Source: Candidatus Cloacimonadota bacterium (GTDB taxonomy: Bacteria; Cloacimonadota; Cloacimonadia; G963667145). From it: 64,000 bases of DNA. The first letter of the stretch is position 1, and every line of letters begins with the position of its first letter. The notes beneath the pieces were generated by a model. It had not been told where the DNA came from. It saw nothing but the letters and a program-made list of their open reading frames with translations, and searched no databases. The stretch is from assembly GCA_963667255.1 (NCBI GenBank), contig OY762940.1, positions 448,001 to 512,000 on the forward strand, in the 5' to 3' direction. Shown piece by piece: positions 19,941-30,621 of this stretch. The position numbers and the translations under genes were made by a program.

Positions 19941-22148
19941 ATGCACATTATTAGAAAATCGATTGAATTGTCAGGCAAGACCTTGACATTGGAAACCGGT
20001 CGGATGGCGAAACAGGCTAACGGCTCGGTTTTGTTGACTTATGGCGAGACCATAATGTTGGCTACAGCTACGGGAGAAAAATTAGCGAAAGAGGGACAAG
20101 ATTTTTTCCCTCTTACTGTGGACTTCATCCCCAAGATGTATGCTTCGGGCAAGATACCGGGAGGATTTTTCAAAAGAGAAGCTAGACCTCCGATAAGTTC
20201 CATCTTGATGGCGAGGGAGATAGACAGAGGCTTGAGACCTCTATTCCCCGACGGTTTCAAAAACGCCGTGCATGTTGTGATTACCGTGCTTAGTTATGAC
20301 GAAGATTGCGACCTCGGTTCGCTTGGTTCATTGGCTGCCAGTGCAGCGTTGACTATTTCGGATATTCCGTTTTCGGGACCTTTGGCAGGAGCTTTTGTTG
20401 CCAAAAAAGACGGCGAGCTTGTCGTCTTCCCGAATAAAGAGCAAAAGGAAGATGCCCAGTTGGAGCTGTCTGTAGCAGGGACTTATGAGAATGTGAACAT
20501 GGTGGAATCGGGTGCTTGGGAGCTGTCTGAGGAAGAGATTTTGGACGCTATTTATATGGCTCATGACAAGATTAAAGAGCTTGTGGATTTCCAAAAAGAT
20601 TTTGCCAAAGATTGTTCCAAGGAGAAATTTCCGTTTGAGGTTAAGGAGATTTGCGAAGAGGCTTTGAGCTTCGTTAAGGACAATTTCTACGCAAAAATCC
20701 AAGAGGCGAATAAGATTACCGAGAAGTTGCCGAAATATGCGGCTCTTGATGATTTGAGGGTTGAGCTTGCTGAACTGATGGCGGAGAAACTTTCTGAAGA
20801 GGAGATTGCCGAGAAAGGTAGCGACTACAAAGAGGCTTTTGAGAAATATCTGAAAGAGGTAGTCAGGGACTTGATTTTGAGTGGTTGCCGTCCTGATGGT
20901 CGCGACTTGGACGAAATCAGACTGATTACGGTGGAGAAAGATATTTTGCCTCGTGCACACGGCTCTGCCCTTTTCACCAGAGGAGAGACCCAGTCTTTGG
21001 GCGTGATTACCTTGGGAAGTCCGAGAGACGAGCAAATGATAGACGATTTGGAAGAGAAGCATTTCAAAAACTTTTTCTTGCACTACAATTTTCCTCCCTA
21101 TTGTGTAGGAGAGGCTGGATTTATGCGTGCTACGGGCAGAAGAGAGCTTGGTCACGGACATTTGGCAGAGAGGTCGCTCTACGCTGTGATGCCTAATAGC
21201 GACGAGTTCCCATACACTATCAGAGCGGTTTCGGAGATTATGGAATCCAACGGTTCCAGCTCTATGGCGAGTGTGTGTAGCTGTTCTGTTGCGATGATGG
21301 CTGCTGGCGTTCCCATTGCTCGACCTGTGGCGGGTATCGCTAACGGTCTTGTGATGGATGGCGACAATTTCGTGGTTCTCACAGACATACAAGGAATGGA
21401 AGACCATCTTGGCGATATGGATTTCAAGGTTACTGGAACGGAAAAGGGAATCACAGCAATCCAAATGGATATCAAGATTAAGGGTATCACCAGAGAGATT
21501 ATGGAGATAGCTTTGGGTAAAGCCAAGATAGCCAGAGAGTTTATTTTGGGCAAAATTACCGATTGCATTTCCGAGCCGTCCAAAGAGCTTAGCAAATACG
21601 CTCCGAAAATCGAGAGCATTATGATTGATAAAGACAAAATCAGCCAAGTGATAGGCTCAGGTGGCAAGGTAATCAAAGAGATTATCGAGGTTACTGGTGC
21701 GGACATCAACATTGACGATGACGGGAGAGTGTCTATCGCTTCTCCTGATGCTGAGGCTTTGCAAAAAGCTATGAGCATCGTGCGAAATATCGTGGAAGAC
21801 CCTATCAATGGCGAGGTTTATGAGGGCGAAGTTACCAGAGTCGAGGCTTATGGGGCTTTTGTGAAGTTCATGTATAACAAGCAAGGTATGGTGCATGTCT
21901 CCAAGATGGACAAAGAGCGAGTTAGCGACCCTGCTGATTTGGTGGCTATTGGCGACAAGGTGAAAGTTCGTTTTGTCGGTTTCAAGGAAGGCAAACTCAG
22001 TCTTGCTATGGACGGTATCGAGGGCAATCCTACGCTCAAGAGCAAGGGCATCAAGCCTGCGGAAAAGCCTAAATTTAACAGCTCTGATAGAGACAGAGAC
22101 AAAGACGATAGGCGACCAAAGAGACGATTTGAAAAGAAAGATAGATAA
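19941..22148 (+). CDS. pnp: Polyribonucleotide nucleotidyltransferase
   Basis: ETGRMAKQANG, DFFPLTVD, HGSALFTRGETQ, RRELGHG, ESNGSSSMA, DMDFKV, KH and S1 domains. Confidence 0.98.
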   Translation: MHIIRKSIELSGKTLTLETGRMAKQANGSVLLTYGETIMLATATGEKLAKEGQDFFPLTVDFIPKMYASGKIPGGFFKREARPPISSILMAREIDRGLRPLFPDGFKNAVHVVITVLSYDEDCDLGSLGSLAASAALTISDIPFSGPLAGAFVAKKDGELVVFPNKEQKEDAQLELSVAGTYENVNMVESGAWELSEEEILDAIYMAHDKIKELVDFQKDFAKDCSKEKFPFEVKEICEEALSFVKDNFYAKIQEANKITEKLPKYAALDDLRVELAELMAEKLSEEEIAEKGSDYKEAFEKYLKEVVRDLILSGCRPDGRDLDEIRLITVEKDILPRAHGSALFTRGETQSLGVITLGSPRDEQMIDDLEEKHFKNFFLHYNFPPYCVGEAGFMRATGRRELGHGHLAERSLYAVMPNSDEFPYTIRAVSEIMESNGSSSMASVCSCSVAMMAAGVPIARPVAGIANGLVMDGDNFVVLTDIQGMEDHLGDMDFKVTGTEKGITAIQMDIKIKGITREIMEIALGKAKIAREFILGKITDCISEPSKELSKYAPKIESIMIDKDKISQVIGSGGKVIKEIIEVTGADINIDDDGRVSIASPDAEALQKAMSIVRNIVEDPINGEVYEGEVTRVEAYGAFVKFMYNKQGMVHVSKMDKERVSDPADLVAIGDKVKVRFVGFKEGKLSLAMDGIEGNPTLKSKGIKPAEKPKFNSSDRDRDKDDRRPKRRFEKKDR

Positions 22149-22154
22149 TAATAA

Positions 22155-22186
22155 AAGGGCAGGAGATTTTCCTGCCCTTATTTTTT
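22155..22186. terminator. Bidirectional terminator between pnp and clpB
   Basis: AAGGGCAGGA / TCCTGCCCTT stem flanked by A and T tracts. Confidence 0.85.
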
Positions 22187-22188
22187 GC

Positions 22189-24729
22189 TTATCTCACAAA
22201 AAACTGCTTATCAAAATCGACTTGCACTTTTTCTTGTAACTCGCCTTTGAGAAATTTTTGGGCAAGCATGTTTTCCAAGTTCTCCTGAATGGCTCGTTTT
22301 ATCGGTCTTGCTCCGAAGTGTGGGTCAAAGCCGATTTCCGCTAATTCTTCCAAAGCTCTGTCCGTAAGAGTAAGCTCGAACCCTTTATCTTTCAAGCGAT
22401 TTTGCAAGGTTTTGATTTCCAAGAGCACAATCTGTTTAATGTTCTCTTTGTTCAATTTGTGGAAAAGAACCGTCTGCGTAATTCTGTTGATAAATTCCGG
22501 TCGGAAGTGCAATTTCACCTCTTCCAAAATTTTATCTTTCACATCGTCGCTGTTCTCGGCATCTACCAAAAGCGGAGCACCGATATTGCTGGTCAGCACT
22601 ATCACAGTGTTGCGGAAATTCACGGTTCGTCCTTTGCCGTCCGTGAGTCGTCCCTCGTCCAAAATCTGCAAGAACAGATTGAAAACATCGGGATGAGCCT
22701 TTTCGATTTCGTCGAAGAGCAAAACGCAATAAGGGTGCCGTCTGACTTGCTCCGTCAGCTTTCCTCCCTCTTCGTAACCCACATACCCTGGAGGTGCACC
22801 TATCAGTCTAGAGACGGAGTGCTTCTCCATAAATTCGCTCATATCAAAGCGGAACATAGCTTTTGTGTCGTTGAAAAGAAGCTTCGCCAATTGTTGAGCG
22901 AGAAATGTTTTGCCTACTCCGGTTGGTCCCAAAAACAGGAACGAACCGATTGGGGCGTTCTCGTCCGAAAATCCGCTCCTCGCTCTACGAATTGCGTTGG
23001 AAACGGCGACAATTCCCTCTTTTTGCCCGACAACACTTTCCGAGAGAATCTCCTCCATATTGGTCAGCTTATCGGCTTCGTTTTTTAGCAGTCTGTCCAG
23101 CGGAATATTCGCCCATTTGGAGATGACGGCAGCAATGGTGGTAGCGTCCACGATTTTGCTAATCAGTTGAGAATCTTCGGGATTTTTCTTCAAGCTCTCT
23201 TCGGCCTTCTTCAACTCCTTTTCCAGCTCGATAATCGTTCCATACTTCAGTCTGGATGCGGTCTCCAAATCGCCATTCCTCTGGGCAATCTCCATCTCCG
23301 ATTTCGCCTTGTCAATTTTGTCGTTCAGTTGGCTGATGTTGTTCAGGTTGTCCTTTTCTTGTTGCCATTTGCTCATCAAAGCGGAGTATTTTTCCTTCAA
23401 ATCGGCAATCTCTTTTTTCGCTTTCTCCTTCTTTTCATCAGATTCGTCTTTAAAAGAGAGCTCCTCGATTTCCAATTGTTGCAGTTTCCGTTTCATATCG
23501 TCGAGCTCCTGAGGCATCGAGTCGATTTGCATACGCACAGAGGCACAGGCTTCGTCCATCAAGTCGATGGCTTTGTCTGGCAAAAATCTGTCGCTGATGT
23601 AGCGAGCAGACAGTTTCCCAGCGGCAATCAAGGCATCGTCTGTGATTTGCAGTCCGTGATGCAACTGATATTTTTCCTTAATACCTCGCAAGATGGAGAT
23701 GGTGTCGGCGACACTCGGTTCGGGTATCATCACCGGCTGAAATCTCCGCTCAAGAGCAGCATCTTTCTCGATGTATTTTTTGTATTCGCCGAGCGTGGTC
23801 GCTCCTATACAACGCAACTCTCCGCGAGCCAATGCGGGCTTGAGCATATTCGATGCGTCGCTCTGACCCTCGGAAGCACCCGCTCCCACGATGGTATGCA
23901 GTTCGTCGATGAAGAGAATAATCTCGCCGTTGGAGTTTTCCACCTCTTTCAGCACAGCTTTCAGCCTCTCTTCAAACTCTCCGCGATATTTCGCTCCAGC
24001 CAAGAGTAAAGCCAAATCGAGCTCCAAAACAGTCTTGTTTTTCAGATTTTCGGGCACATCTCTATCGACAATTCTTTTCGCCAAACCTTCCACAATAGCG
24101 GTTTTGCCGACACCCGGTTCGCCTATCAAGACGGGATTATTCTTGCGACGACGGGACAAGATTTGGATTGTTCGCCTGATTTCGTTGTCTCTCCCGATGA
24201 CAGGGTCTAATTTCTCTTTTCGAGCCAAATCGGTCAGATTGCGAGTATATTTCTCCAAAACTTGATACTTCGCCTCGGGATTTTCGCTGTCCACTTTTTG
24301 GTTGCCCCTGATGTCTTGGATAGCTTTCAGCAAATCCTTATCGCTTGGTTTGCCAAGCAGTTCCTTGATTTCCGCACTCCCTTTCACAAAAGCCAATAGG
24401 ATATGCTCCAAACTCACGAAATCGTCTTGAAATTGTCCTGCGATTTTGTCCGCTTGCAAGAGCAGTTTGTTCAAATCTGCGCTGAGGTAGGCGGGAGAGC
24501 CACCTTCGACTTTCGGCAAGTTTGCCAGCTTTTCTTTAATCTTCTCTTCTACCAAACTCGGATTTATTCCTATCTTTTTTAGCAAAGTCGGCACAAGCGA
24601 GTCCTCCACCAAGAGAGAGCCCAACATCATATGCAAAGGCTTAATCTCTTGATGTCCGTATTCCGTCGCCAAAACAGCGGCTTTTTCTATGCTTTCTTTC
24701 GATTTTACAGTATATTTATTAAAATTCAT
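22189..24729 (-). CDS. clpB: ATP-dependent chaperone ClpB
   Basis: Two AAA+ modules ([16 protein letters not shown]) with coiled-coil M-domain; true start MNFNKYT at 24729 with SD GGAGG. Confidence 0.97.
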   Translation of the reverse strand: MNFNKYTVKSKESIEKAAVLATEYGHQEIKPLHMMLGSLLVEDSLVPTLLKKIGINPSLVEEKIKEKLANLPKVEGGSPAYLSADLNKLLLQADKIAGQFQDDFVSLEHILLAFVKGSAEIKELLGKPSDKDLLKAIQDIRGNQKVDSENPEAKYQVLEKYTRNLTDLARKEKLDPVIGRDNEIRRTIQILSRRRKNNPVLIGEPGVGKTAIVEGLAKRIVDRDVPENLKNKTVLELDLALLLAGAKYRGEFEERLKAVLKEVENSNGEIILFIDELHTIVGAGASEGQSDASNMLKPALARGELRCIGATTLGEYKKYIEKDAALERRFQPVMIPEPSVADTISILRGIKEKYQLHHGLQITDDALIAAGKLSARYISDRFLPDKAIDLMDEACASVRMQIDSMPQELDDMKRKLQQLEIEELSFKDESDEKKEKAKKEIADLKEKYSALMSKWQQEKDNLNNISQLNDKIDKAKSEMEIAQRNGDLETASRLKYGTIIELEKELKKAEESLKKNPEDSQLISKIVDATTIAAVISKWANIPLDRLLKNEADKLTNMEEILSESVVGQKEGIVAVSNAIRRARSGFSDENAPIGSFLFLGPTGVGKTFLAQQLAKLLFNDTKAMFRFDMSEFMEKHSVSRLIGAPPGYVGYEEGGKLTEQVRRHPYCVLLFDEIEKAHPDVFNLFLQILDEGRLTDGKGRTVNFRNTVIVLTSNIGAPLLVDAENSDDVKDKILEEVKLHFRPEFINRITQTVLFHKLNKENIKQIVLLEIKTLQNRLKDKGFELTLTDRALEELAEIGFDPHFGARPIKRAIQENLENMLAQKFLKGELQEKVQVDFDKQFFVR

Positions 24730-24760
24730 TTTTCCTCCTAAAAAGGCTAACTGCAAAAAA

Positions 24761-24787
24761 TTAGCACTCTTGGGGAGAGATTGCCAA
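24761..24787. promoter_or_regulatory. CIRCE element (HrcA operator) upstream of clpB
   Basis: TTAGCACTC-N9-GATTGCCAA versus consensus TTAGCACTC-N9-GAGTGCTAA; lies between minus-strand TTGACA (24800-24805) and the clpB start. Confidence 0.88.
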
Positions 24788-24953
24788 CAAGTGCTTTTTT
24801 GTCAATCTTTCGTTGGAAAATTTTTGCTATGACAGAGATGAGAAAAGCGTGCATAGGGGAAAAGTAACATCAAAAATACTTGACTGATTAGAAGTGCAAC
24901 AAACTTTTAGAAAGTAAATTAAAGGAAAAGTTTAAATTTTGAGAGGTAGCAAA

Positions 24954-25811
24954 ATGAATGAGATTTTGAAAAAAGAGGTGTTCTCGGAGAATGTAGTGAA
25001 GTTGGTCGTGAAGAACAAATACATCGCCAAGAATGCGAAAGCCGGAAATTTTGTAATTGTGAAGATAGGGGAAGAGGGCGAGAGGATTCCGCTGACTATT
25101 TGCCAAGCGGATGCCAAGGAAGAGACGATAAGCCTTGTTATCCAAAAAGTGGGTGTTTCTTCGGATAAGCTGTGCAATATGAACGAGAACGATACTATCA
25201 CTGACATTGTTGGACCTCTCGGGAATCCGACTCATATCAAGAAATACGGAACTGTCCTCGCCGCAGGTGGTGGAGTGGGCGTTGCTCCGCTTTTGCCGAT
25301 AATCAAGTCGCTGAAAGAAGCCGGAAACAGAGTGATTTCTGTGATAGCTGCCAAGAGCAAGGATTTAATCATTCTGGAGGACGAGGTCAGAGAGTGTTCC
25401 GACGAAGTGATAATAATGACGGACGACGGCAGTTACGGAGAGAAAGGCTTGGTAACTGTGGGTATGGAGAAAGCTATTCAGAAAGAGAAGATAGATTTTT
25501 CTGTGATAATAGGTCCTGCCATCATGATGAAGTTCGCTGCTCTCGTTACCAAGAAATACGAAATCCCGAGTATCGCCAGTCTCAACACAATAATGGTGGA
25601 CGGCACGGGGATGTGCGGAGCGTGCAGAGTGACTATCGGCGGGCAGACGAAGTTTGTGTGCGTTGACGGTCCGGAGTTTGATGCTCATCAGGTGGATTTT
25701 GAGGAGATGCTGATGCGACTCAACTCTTTTAAAGAGGAAGAAGCAGAAGCCAGAGAAGAGCATATGTGTAAGGCTGAAGCGAAGTTTAACAAAGAGCATA
25801 AAAGAGATTAG
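24954..25811 (+). CDS. nfnA: Electron-bifurcating transhydrogenase small subunit (NfnA/SudB-like)
   Basis: ERIPLTI, GPLG, GGGVG, MVDGTGMCGACRV, CVDGPEF [2Fe-2S] motif. Confidence 0.88.
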   Translation: MNEILKKEVFSENVVKLVVKNKYIAKNAKAGNFVIVKIGEEGERIPLTICQADAKEETISLVIQKVGVSSDKLCNMNENDTITDIVGPLGNPTHIKKYGTVLAAGGGVGVAPLLPIIKSLKEAGNRVISVIAAKSKDLIILEDEVRECSDEVIIMTDDGSYGEKGLVTVGMEKAIQKEKIDFSVIIGPAIMMKFAALVTKKYEIPSIASLNTIMVDGTGMCGACRVTIGGQTKFVCVDGPEFDAHQVDFEEMLMRLNSFKEEEAEAREEHMCKAEAKFNKEHKRD

Positions 25812-25820
25812 GGAAGAACA

Positions 25821-27224
25821 ATGGAAAATAAAGATAGATTGAAAATAGAAAAAGTGAAAATGCCTGAGGCTGACCCTGAGGTAAGGTCGCACTCCAGCAT
25901 CGAGGTAAATTCCGGAATTTCCAAAGAGCAAGCCGTGATGGAGGCTCACAGATGCTTGAATTGCAAAAATCCGACTTGTATGGAAGGTTGCCCCGTGAGC
26001 GTGAACATTCCGAAGTTTATCAAGGAGATTGAGGAAGAGAAGTTTGAAGATGCGATTACGACTATCAAGCAAACCAACTTGTTGCCGGCTATCTGTGGTC
26101 GGGTTTGTCCGCAAGAGAAACAATGCGAGGCAAGCTGTATTTATACGCTAAAAATGGGTAAGCCGTCCGTGGCGATTGGCTACCTTGAGAGATTTGCAGC
26201 TGACTACGAGAGAGAGCAACTTAAACTAAAAAAAGCGAAACCTGCCAAGTCTAATGGGATAAAAGTGGCTGTCATCGGCTCTGGTCCTGCGGGACTGACC
26301 TTTGCCGGAGAGATGGCGACCAAAGGTTGTCAGGTAACGGTTTTTGAGGCGTTGCACAAACTGGGTGGAGTGCTGAGATACGGCATTCCTGAGTTTAGGC
26401 TTCCTAAGGAGATAGTGGATTACGAAATAAACTCTCTGAAAGATTTGGGAGTTGAGTTTAGAGCGAATTTTATCGTGGGTAAAACGATAAGTTTCGAGCA
26501 ATTGAAAGACGAAGGCTACAAGGCGTTTTTCGTTGGTTCGGGTGCAGGTTTGCCGAACTTTATGAATATCAAAGGCGAAAACTCAATCGGCGTGATGTCT
26601 TCCAACGAATATTTGACTCGTGTGAATCTGATGAATGCCGGTAAAAAAGAGTTCGACACACCTATTTACAAGGGCAAATTTGTGGCTGTGATAGGTGGTG
26701 GAAATACCGCTATGGATTCCGTGAGAACTGCCAAGAGATTGGGTGCTGAGCGAGCTATGATTATCTATCGTCGGTCTTTTGACGAGATGCCGGCACGACT
26801 GGAGGAGATTAAGCACGCCAAGGAAGAGGGCATAGAGTTTATGAACCTGAACAATCCTGTGGAATACATCGCTGATGAGAAGGGCAGAGTGAAGAAAATG
26901 ATTTTGCAAAAAATGGAGCTTAGCGAGCCTGACGAATCTGGCAGAAAGCGACCTGTGCCTATCAAAGGTTCTGAATACGAAGTCGATGTTGACCTTGTGG
27001 TAGTGAGCGTGGGCGTGTCTCCAAATCCACTAGTGCCAAACGAAGTGAAAGAGCTGAAAACCAGTAAGTGGGGGACGATAATCACCGATGACAATTTGCA
27101 AACCAATGTGGAGGAAATCTACGCAGGTGGTGACATCGTGCGAGGCGGAGCGACAGTTATCTTGGCTATGGGCGACGGCAGAAAAGCCGCTAACGAGATG
27201 TATAAGAAACTGACGGAAAAGTAA
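25821..27224 (+). CDS. nfnB: Electron-bifurcating transhydrogenase large subunit (NfnB/SudA, GltD-like)
   Basis: RCLNCKNPTCMEGCPV, CGRVCPQEKQCE, GSGPAGL, GGGNTAMD, GGDIVRGGATVILAMG. Confidence 0.88.
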   Translation: MENKDRLKIEKVKMPEADPEVRSHSSIEVNSGISKEQAVMEAHRCLNCKNPTCMEGCPVSVNIPKFIKEIEEEKFEDAITTIKQTNLLPAICGRVCPQEKQCEASCIYTLKMGKPSVAIGYLERFAADYEREQLKLKKAKPAKSNGIKVAVIGSGPAGLTFAGEMATKGCQVTVFEALHKLGGVLRYGIPEFRLPKEIVDYEINSLKDLGVEFRANFIVGKTISFEQLKDEGYKAFFVGSGAGLPNFMNIKGENSIGVMSSNEYLTRVNLMNAGKKEFDTPIYKGKFVAVIGGGNTAMDSVRTAKRLGAERAMIIYRRSFDEMPARLEEIKHAKEEGIEFMNLNNPVEYIADEKGRVKKMILQKMELSEPDESGRKRPVPIKGSEYEVDVDLVVVSVGVSPNPLVPNEVKELKTSKWGTIITDDNLQTNVEEIYAGGDIVRGGATVILAMGDGRKAANEMYKKLTEK

Positions 27225-27248
27225 TTAAAATAGATTTTATAGACAATG

Positions 27249-27281
27249 ACCCTCTGTCTTTTAGCAAGATGGAGGGTTTTT
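27249..27281. terminator. Probable bidirectional terminator
   Basis: ACCCTCTGTCTT / AAGATGGAGGGT-TTTT between convergent genes. Confidence 0.7.
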
Positions 27282-27969
27282 AATTTTGTTCTATTGAATC
27301 GATATCTTTTTGCAAAATATTAACCCAATCCAACATCTGTTGAACGGTCAAATCACCGTTATGCACACGCCTGAAGATAAACCAGTCTATTCTGCGAAAG
27401 TCGAAAATCCTCTGTTCCTTAGGTCCTACATCTTCCCATTGAATACGGTCTTTATTAAACAGCATAAGTTCAGCATCATAATCAAATTCTAATAAACAAT
27501 TTTTTGCGTATGCTAACATCTGTTTGAAAGTCTTTTTTTTCCATTCAGGCAGTTTTTTAAATGCATCAAGATAAAACGGCTTTACCCATTTATACAGTGC
27601 TTGTTGTTGAGATGGAGACTTATAGAAGTTTTTGATTATTCTATTATAAGAGGTTGGGTTCTCAAGAAGCTCTCCGAACTTAGAAAAATCAGCAAGATCA
27701 TCTTTATAATAACAATCCCAAAAACATCCAAGCATGGCAACTACAAGATGTTTTGTTGCGAAGGAGCTTGTGTCATTGAGAAATGAATCTTGACTAGCGA
27801 AAATAGTATAATGGCTTTTGACAATCCTTTGCCAAGTAAGCTCTGACAATGAGGGGTCAATTGTTGGCAACTCTTTCGGAGCAGTTCCCAATTGCAAAGC
27901 TGTCTCCTGTGCAAATGCAAGTGTGGTCATAGTAAGCAGCATAGTTAAAATAAAAATCTGTCTTTTCAT
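27280..27969 (-). CDS. Hypothetical secreted protein
   Basis: Signal peptide MKRQIFILTMLLTMTTLAFA-Q; RBS GAGG; no family recognised. Confidence 0.75.
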   Translation of the reverse strand: MKRQIFILTMLLTMTTLAFAQETALQLGTAPKELPTIDPSLSELTWQRIVKSHYTIFASQDSFLNDTSSFATKHLVVAMLGCFWDCYYKDDLADFSKFGELLENPTSYNRIIKNFYKSPSQQQALYKWVKPFYLDAFKKLPEWKKKTFKQMLAYAKNCLLEFDYDAELMLFNKDRIQWEDVGPKEQRIFDFRRIDWFIFRRVHNGDLTVQQMLDWVNILQKDIDSIEQN

Positions 27970-28449
27970 ATTAAAACCTCTACATCCGAAAGCAATATAA
28001 CTTATTTTTGTTTATCTTAAACCTAATTAGAACATAGAAATGACACAATCTTAATATAGTCAAATTATTTTTTTGTATATAAAAGGTATAGGATGCATAT
28101 CTCAATTTTTACATCCTTTGTGTTTAAAAAAAACAGCCATTTCGCTCTAACTTCTTGTATATCAAGAACAAAAAAATATCACAGAAAAACACAAAGTGAA
28201 CAACCTCCCGAAAAACAGTGATTTACAGGCACACTGAAAAGCTAACCTATTGATTTGAAAGAAGTTGCAAAATGTGCATAAGTAGTGCAAAACCGTGGAT
28301 AAACATGGTGCAAAACAACATATCTTCCTGATATTCAGTGAGTAAAAAGTGGAAATTCATAGTTTTCTTTATTGTGGATTTCTCTTGTCAAAAGTTGAGA
28401 ATAAAAAATCTTGATTAGGTTTAAAATTTGAAAGAGGGAGTTGTAAAAA

Positions 28450-29160
28450 ATGAGTAACGAACTTTTGTGGATAGTGTTCATGGTAGTAAATTTCGGGCTG
28501 ATTCTGCTTTTTTATCGTTTTTACGGGAAAGCTGGTTTGTTCGCTTGGATATCGATGGCTACTATTTTGGCGAATATTCAGGTGCTAAAAACCGTGGAAA
28601 TTTTCGGAATGGTGGCGACTCTCGGCAACATAATGTATGCGACGAGTTTTCTAGCAACGGACATTTTGAGCGAAAATCACGGGAAAGCGGATGCTCGCAC
28701 GGGAATGTTTTTGGGATTTGGCTCTATGGTTGTGATGCTCATCGTGATGCAAATCGCTTTGCTCTTCTCTCCCCACGAGAGCGATTTTATCCAAGGGAGT
28801 TTGCAGCAGGTTTTCGGGATAATGCCACGAGTTGTCTTCGGGTCTGTAGTCGCCTATCTCCTTAGCCAATATCACGATATTTGGGCATTTTCTTTCTGGA
28901 GAAAACGCAGTAGCAAGCTGTGGGTTGCCAACAATCTTTCCACTATGGTCAGCCAATTACTGGACACTTTTATCTTCTCTTTCATAGCATTTTTCGGACT
29001 ATTCCCTATGGATGTTTGGTGGCAGATAGTCCTGACTACATATCTATTTAAATGGATTACGGCTCTGTGTGATACGCCATTTATTTATCTCGCTCAAAAA
29101 ATAGGACAAAAAAATTTGACACGCAAACAAGCACGAACGGGAATAGATAGGCAGTTTTAA
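28450..29160 (+). CDS. Queuosine precursor transporter (YhhQ/VUT family)
   Basis: ILANIQVLK, TLGNIMY..FLATDILSE, AYLLSQYHD, NNLSTMVSQLLDT, DTPFIY. Confidence 0.9.
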   Translation: MSNELLWIVFMVVNFGLILLFYRFYGKAGLFAWISMATILANIQVLKTVEIFGMVATLGNIMYATSFLATDILSENHGKADARTGMFLGFGSMVVMLIVMQIALLFSPHESDFIQGSLQQVFGIMPRVVFGSVVAYLLSQYHDIWAFSFWRKRSSKLWVANNLSTMVSQLLDTFIFSFIAFFGLFPMDVWWQIVLTTYLFKWITALCDTPFIYLAQKIGQKNLTRKQARTGIDRQF

Positions 29161-29197
29161 AATTTTAAGAAACAAAAAATTTATTTTAAGGAGATTT

Positions 29198-30421
29198 ATG
29201 ATGAGCGTTGCTAAAAAAATCATGGAATTGGCTGAGAAGTATAGAGATTATACAGCTCAAAATCTCGCCAAATTGGTCAACATTCCTTCCGAGAGTATGC
29301 AAGAAGAGGGAGTGCAAAGAGAGTTGAAAAGACAAATGGAAGAAGCCGGCTTTGACGAAGTTATTATCGATGGACTCGGCAATGTGCTTGGTCGCGTGGG
29401 CAACGGTCCTATTGTTTTGGCGATTGACGGGCATATGGACACAGTTGGTGTGGGTAATATGGCTAACTGGGATTTCGACCCTTATTGCGGAGAGATAAAA
29501 GACGGCAAGATTTTCGGTCGTGGCACGGTTGACCAGGAGGGTGGTCCTGCTGCTGCTGTTACTGCCGGTCGCATTCTCAAAGAGCTCGGACTTGGCGACA
29601 AAGTTACTTACTGGGCTGTAGGCTCGGTAATGGAAGAGGATTGCGATGGTCTTTGCTGGAACTACATCGTGGAAGAGCACGGGTTGAAGCCTGATTTTGC
29701 TATTTCCACAGAGCCAACTAATATGAATATCTATCGTGGACATCGCGGTAGAATGGAGATTGGCGTATCTTTCCGCGGGATTTCTTGCCACGGTTCTGCT
29801 CCCGAGAGAGGTAAAAACGCTATCTATATGGCTTCCAAAGTTTTGGTGGAGATAGAGAAATTGAACGAAAATCTGCAACCTGACGAGGGCAATTTCTTGG
29901 GCAAAGGCACTGTTACCGTTTCTCACATCGAGTCTGGTTCTCCATCGCTTTGTGCTGTTGCCGATTCTGCGTATTTCCACTTGGATCGCCGTCTTACTTG
30001 GGGCGAGACCGAAGAGTCCGCTTGCAAAGAGATTCAAGATATTATCGACAGATTAGGTTTCACAGATGAGGCCAAAGTGGAAGTGCTTGAGTATAAAGAA
30101 AAGGCTTGGACAGGTTTGGAATACGGAATGAAGAAATATTTCCCAACTTGGAAATTGGACGAGTCGGAGCCAGTGGTGCAAGTTGGCGTGGAGAGCTTTA
30201 GAGAGCTTTTTAACAAAGAGCCTAAAGTTGACAAATGGACTTTCTCTACCAACGGTGTTACCATCAATGGTAAGCACAAAATCCCTATGATTGGTTTCGG
30301 TCCGGGCAACGAAGTTTTGGCTCACGCTCCCAACGAGTGGTGTCCACTGGAAGACCTCGTAATGGCGTCCGCTTTCTATGCTATGTATGCCGTTAAATTA
30401 GGCGACACCGTAAAAAAATAG
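29198..30421 (+). CDS. ygeY: YgeY-family M20 metallohydrolase
   Basis: DGHMDTV, GRGTVDQEGG, EEDCDGLCW, YRGHRGRMEI, SCHGSAPERG, WTFSTNGV, AHAPNE. Confidence 0.85.
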   Translation: MMSVAKKIMELAEKYRDYTAQNLAKLVNIPSESMQEEGVQRELKRQMEEAGFDEVIIDGLGNVLGRVGNGPIVLAIDGHMDTVGVGNMANWDFDPYCGEIKDGKIFGRGTVDQEGGPAAAVTAGRILKELGLGDKVTYWAVGSVMEEDCDGLCWNYIVEEHGLKPDFAISTEPTNMNIYRGHRGRMEIGVSFRGISCHGSAPERGKNAIYMASKVLVEIEKLNENLQPDEGNFLGKGTVTVSHIESGSPSLCAVADSAYFHLDRRLTWGETEESACKEIQDIIDRLGFTDEAKVEVLEYKEKAWTGLEYGMKKYFPTWKLDESEPVVQVGVESFRELFNKEPKVDKWTFSTNGVTINGKHKIPMIGFGPGNEVLAHAPNEWCPLEDLVMASAFYAMYAVKLGDTVKK

Positions 30422-30445
30422 TTTGATTGTTTCAATAACATTGAT

Positions 30446-30475
30446 AAGGAAACTGTATCAACAGTTTCCTTTTTT
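30446..30475 (+). terminator. Intrinsic terminator
   Basis: AAGGAAACTGT-atca-ACAGTTTCCTT plus T tract. Confidence 0.85.
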
Positions 30476-30621
30476 ATTAGCACAAAAAAATGATTGGTAG
30501 AGGGAAAAACCAATCGCAACCGTCAAAGATTTGTCGTTAAAAGTTTGACAAAAGTTCCGTTGTTTTTCACTTGAAATTGATTGAAATTTTAATAGATTAG
30601 TAAGATCATTGGAGGTATAAA

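Noticed and set aside
20328..21647. 439-aa minus-strand ORF, and similar ORFs opposite clpB, nfnAB, ygeY and macA
   Set aside because: Antisense to highly conserved genes; explained by codon bias.
25821..27224. Glutamate synthase small subunit (gltD)
   Set aside because: No gltB nearby; paired with an NfnA-type gene, so NfnAB is the better call.
28380..28415. Possible preQ1-I riboswitch before the queuosine transporter (TTCTC-loop-GAGAA plus A-rich tail)
   Set aside because: Lacks the conserved G-C closing pair and the ligand-pairing C in the loop.
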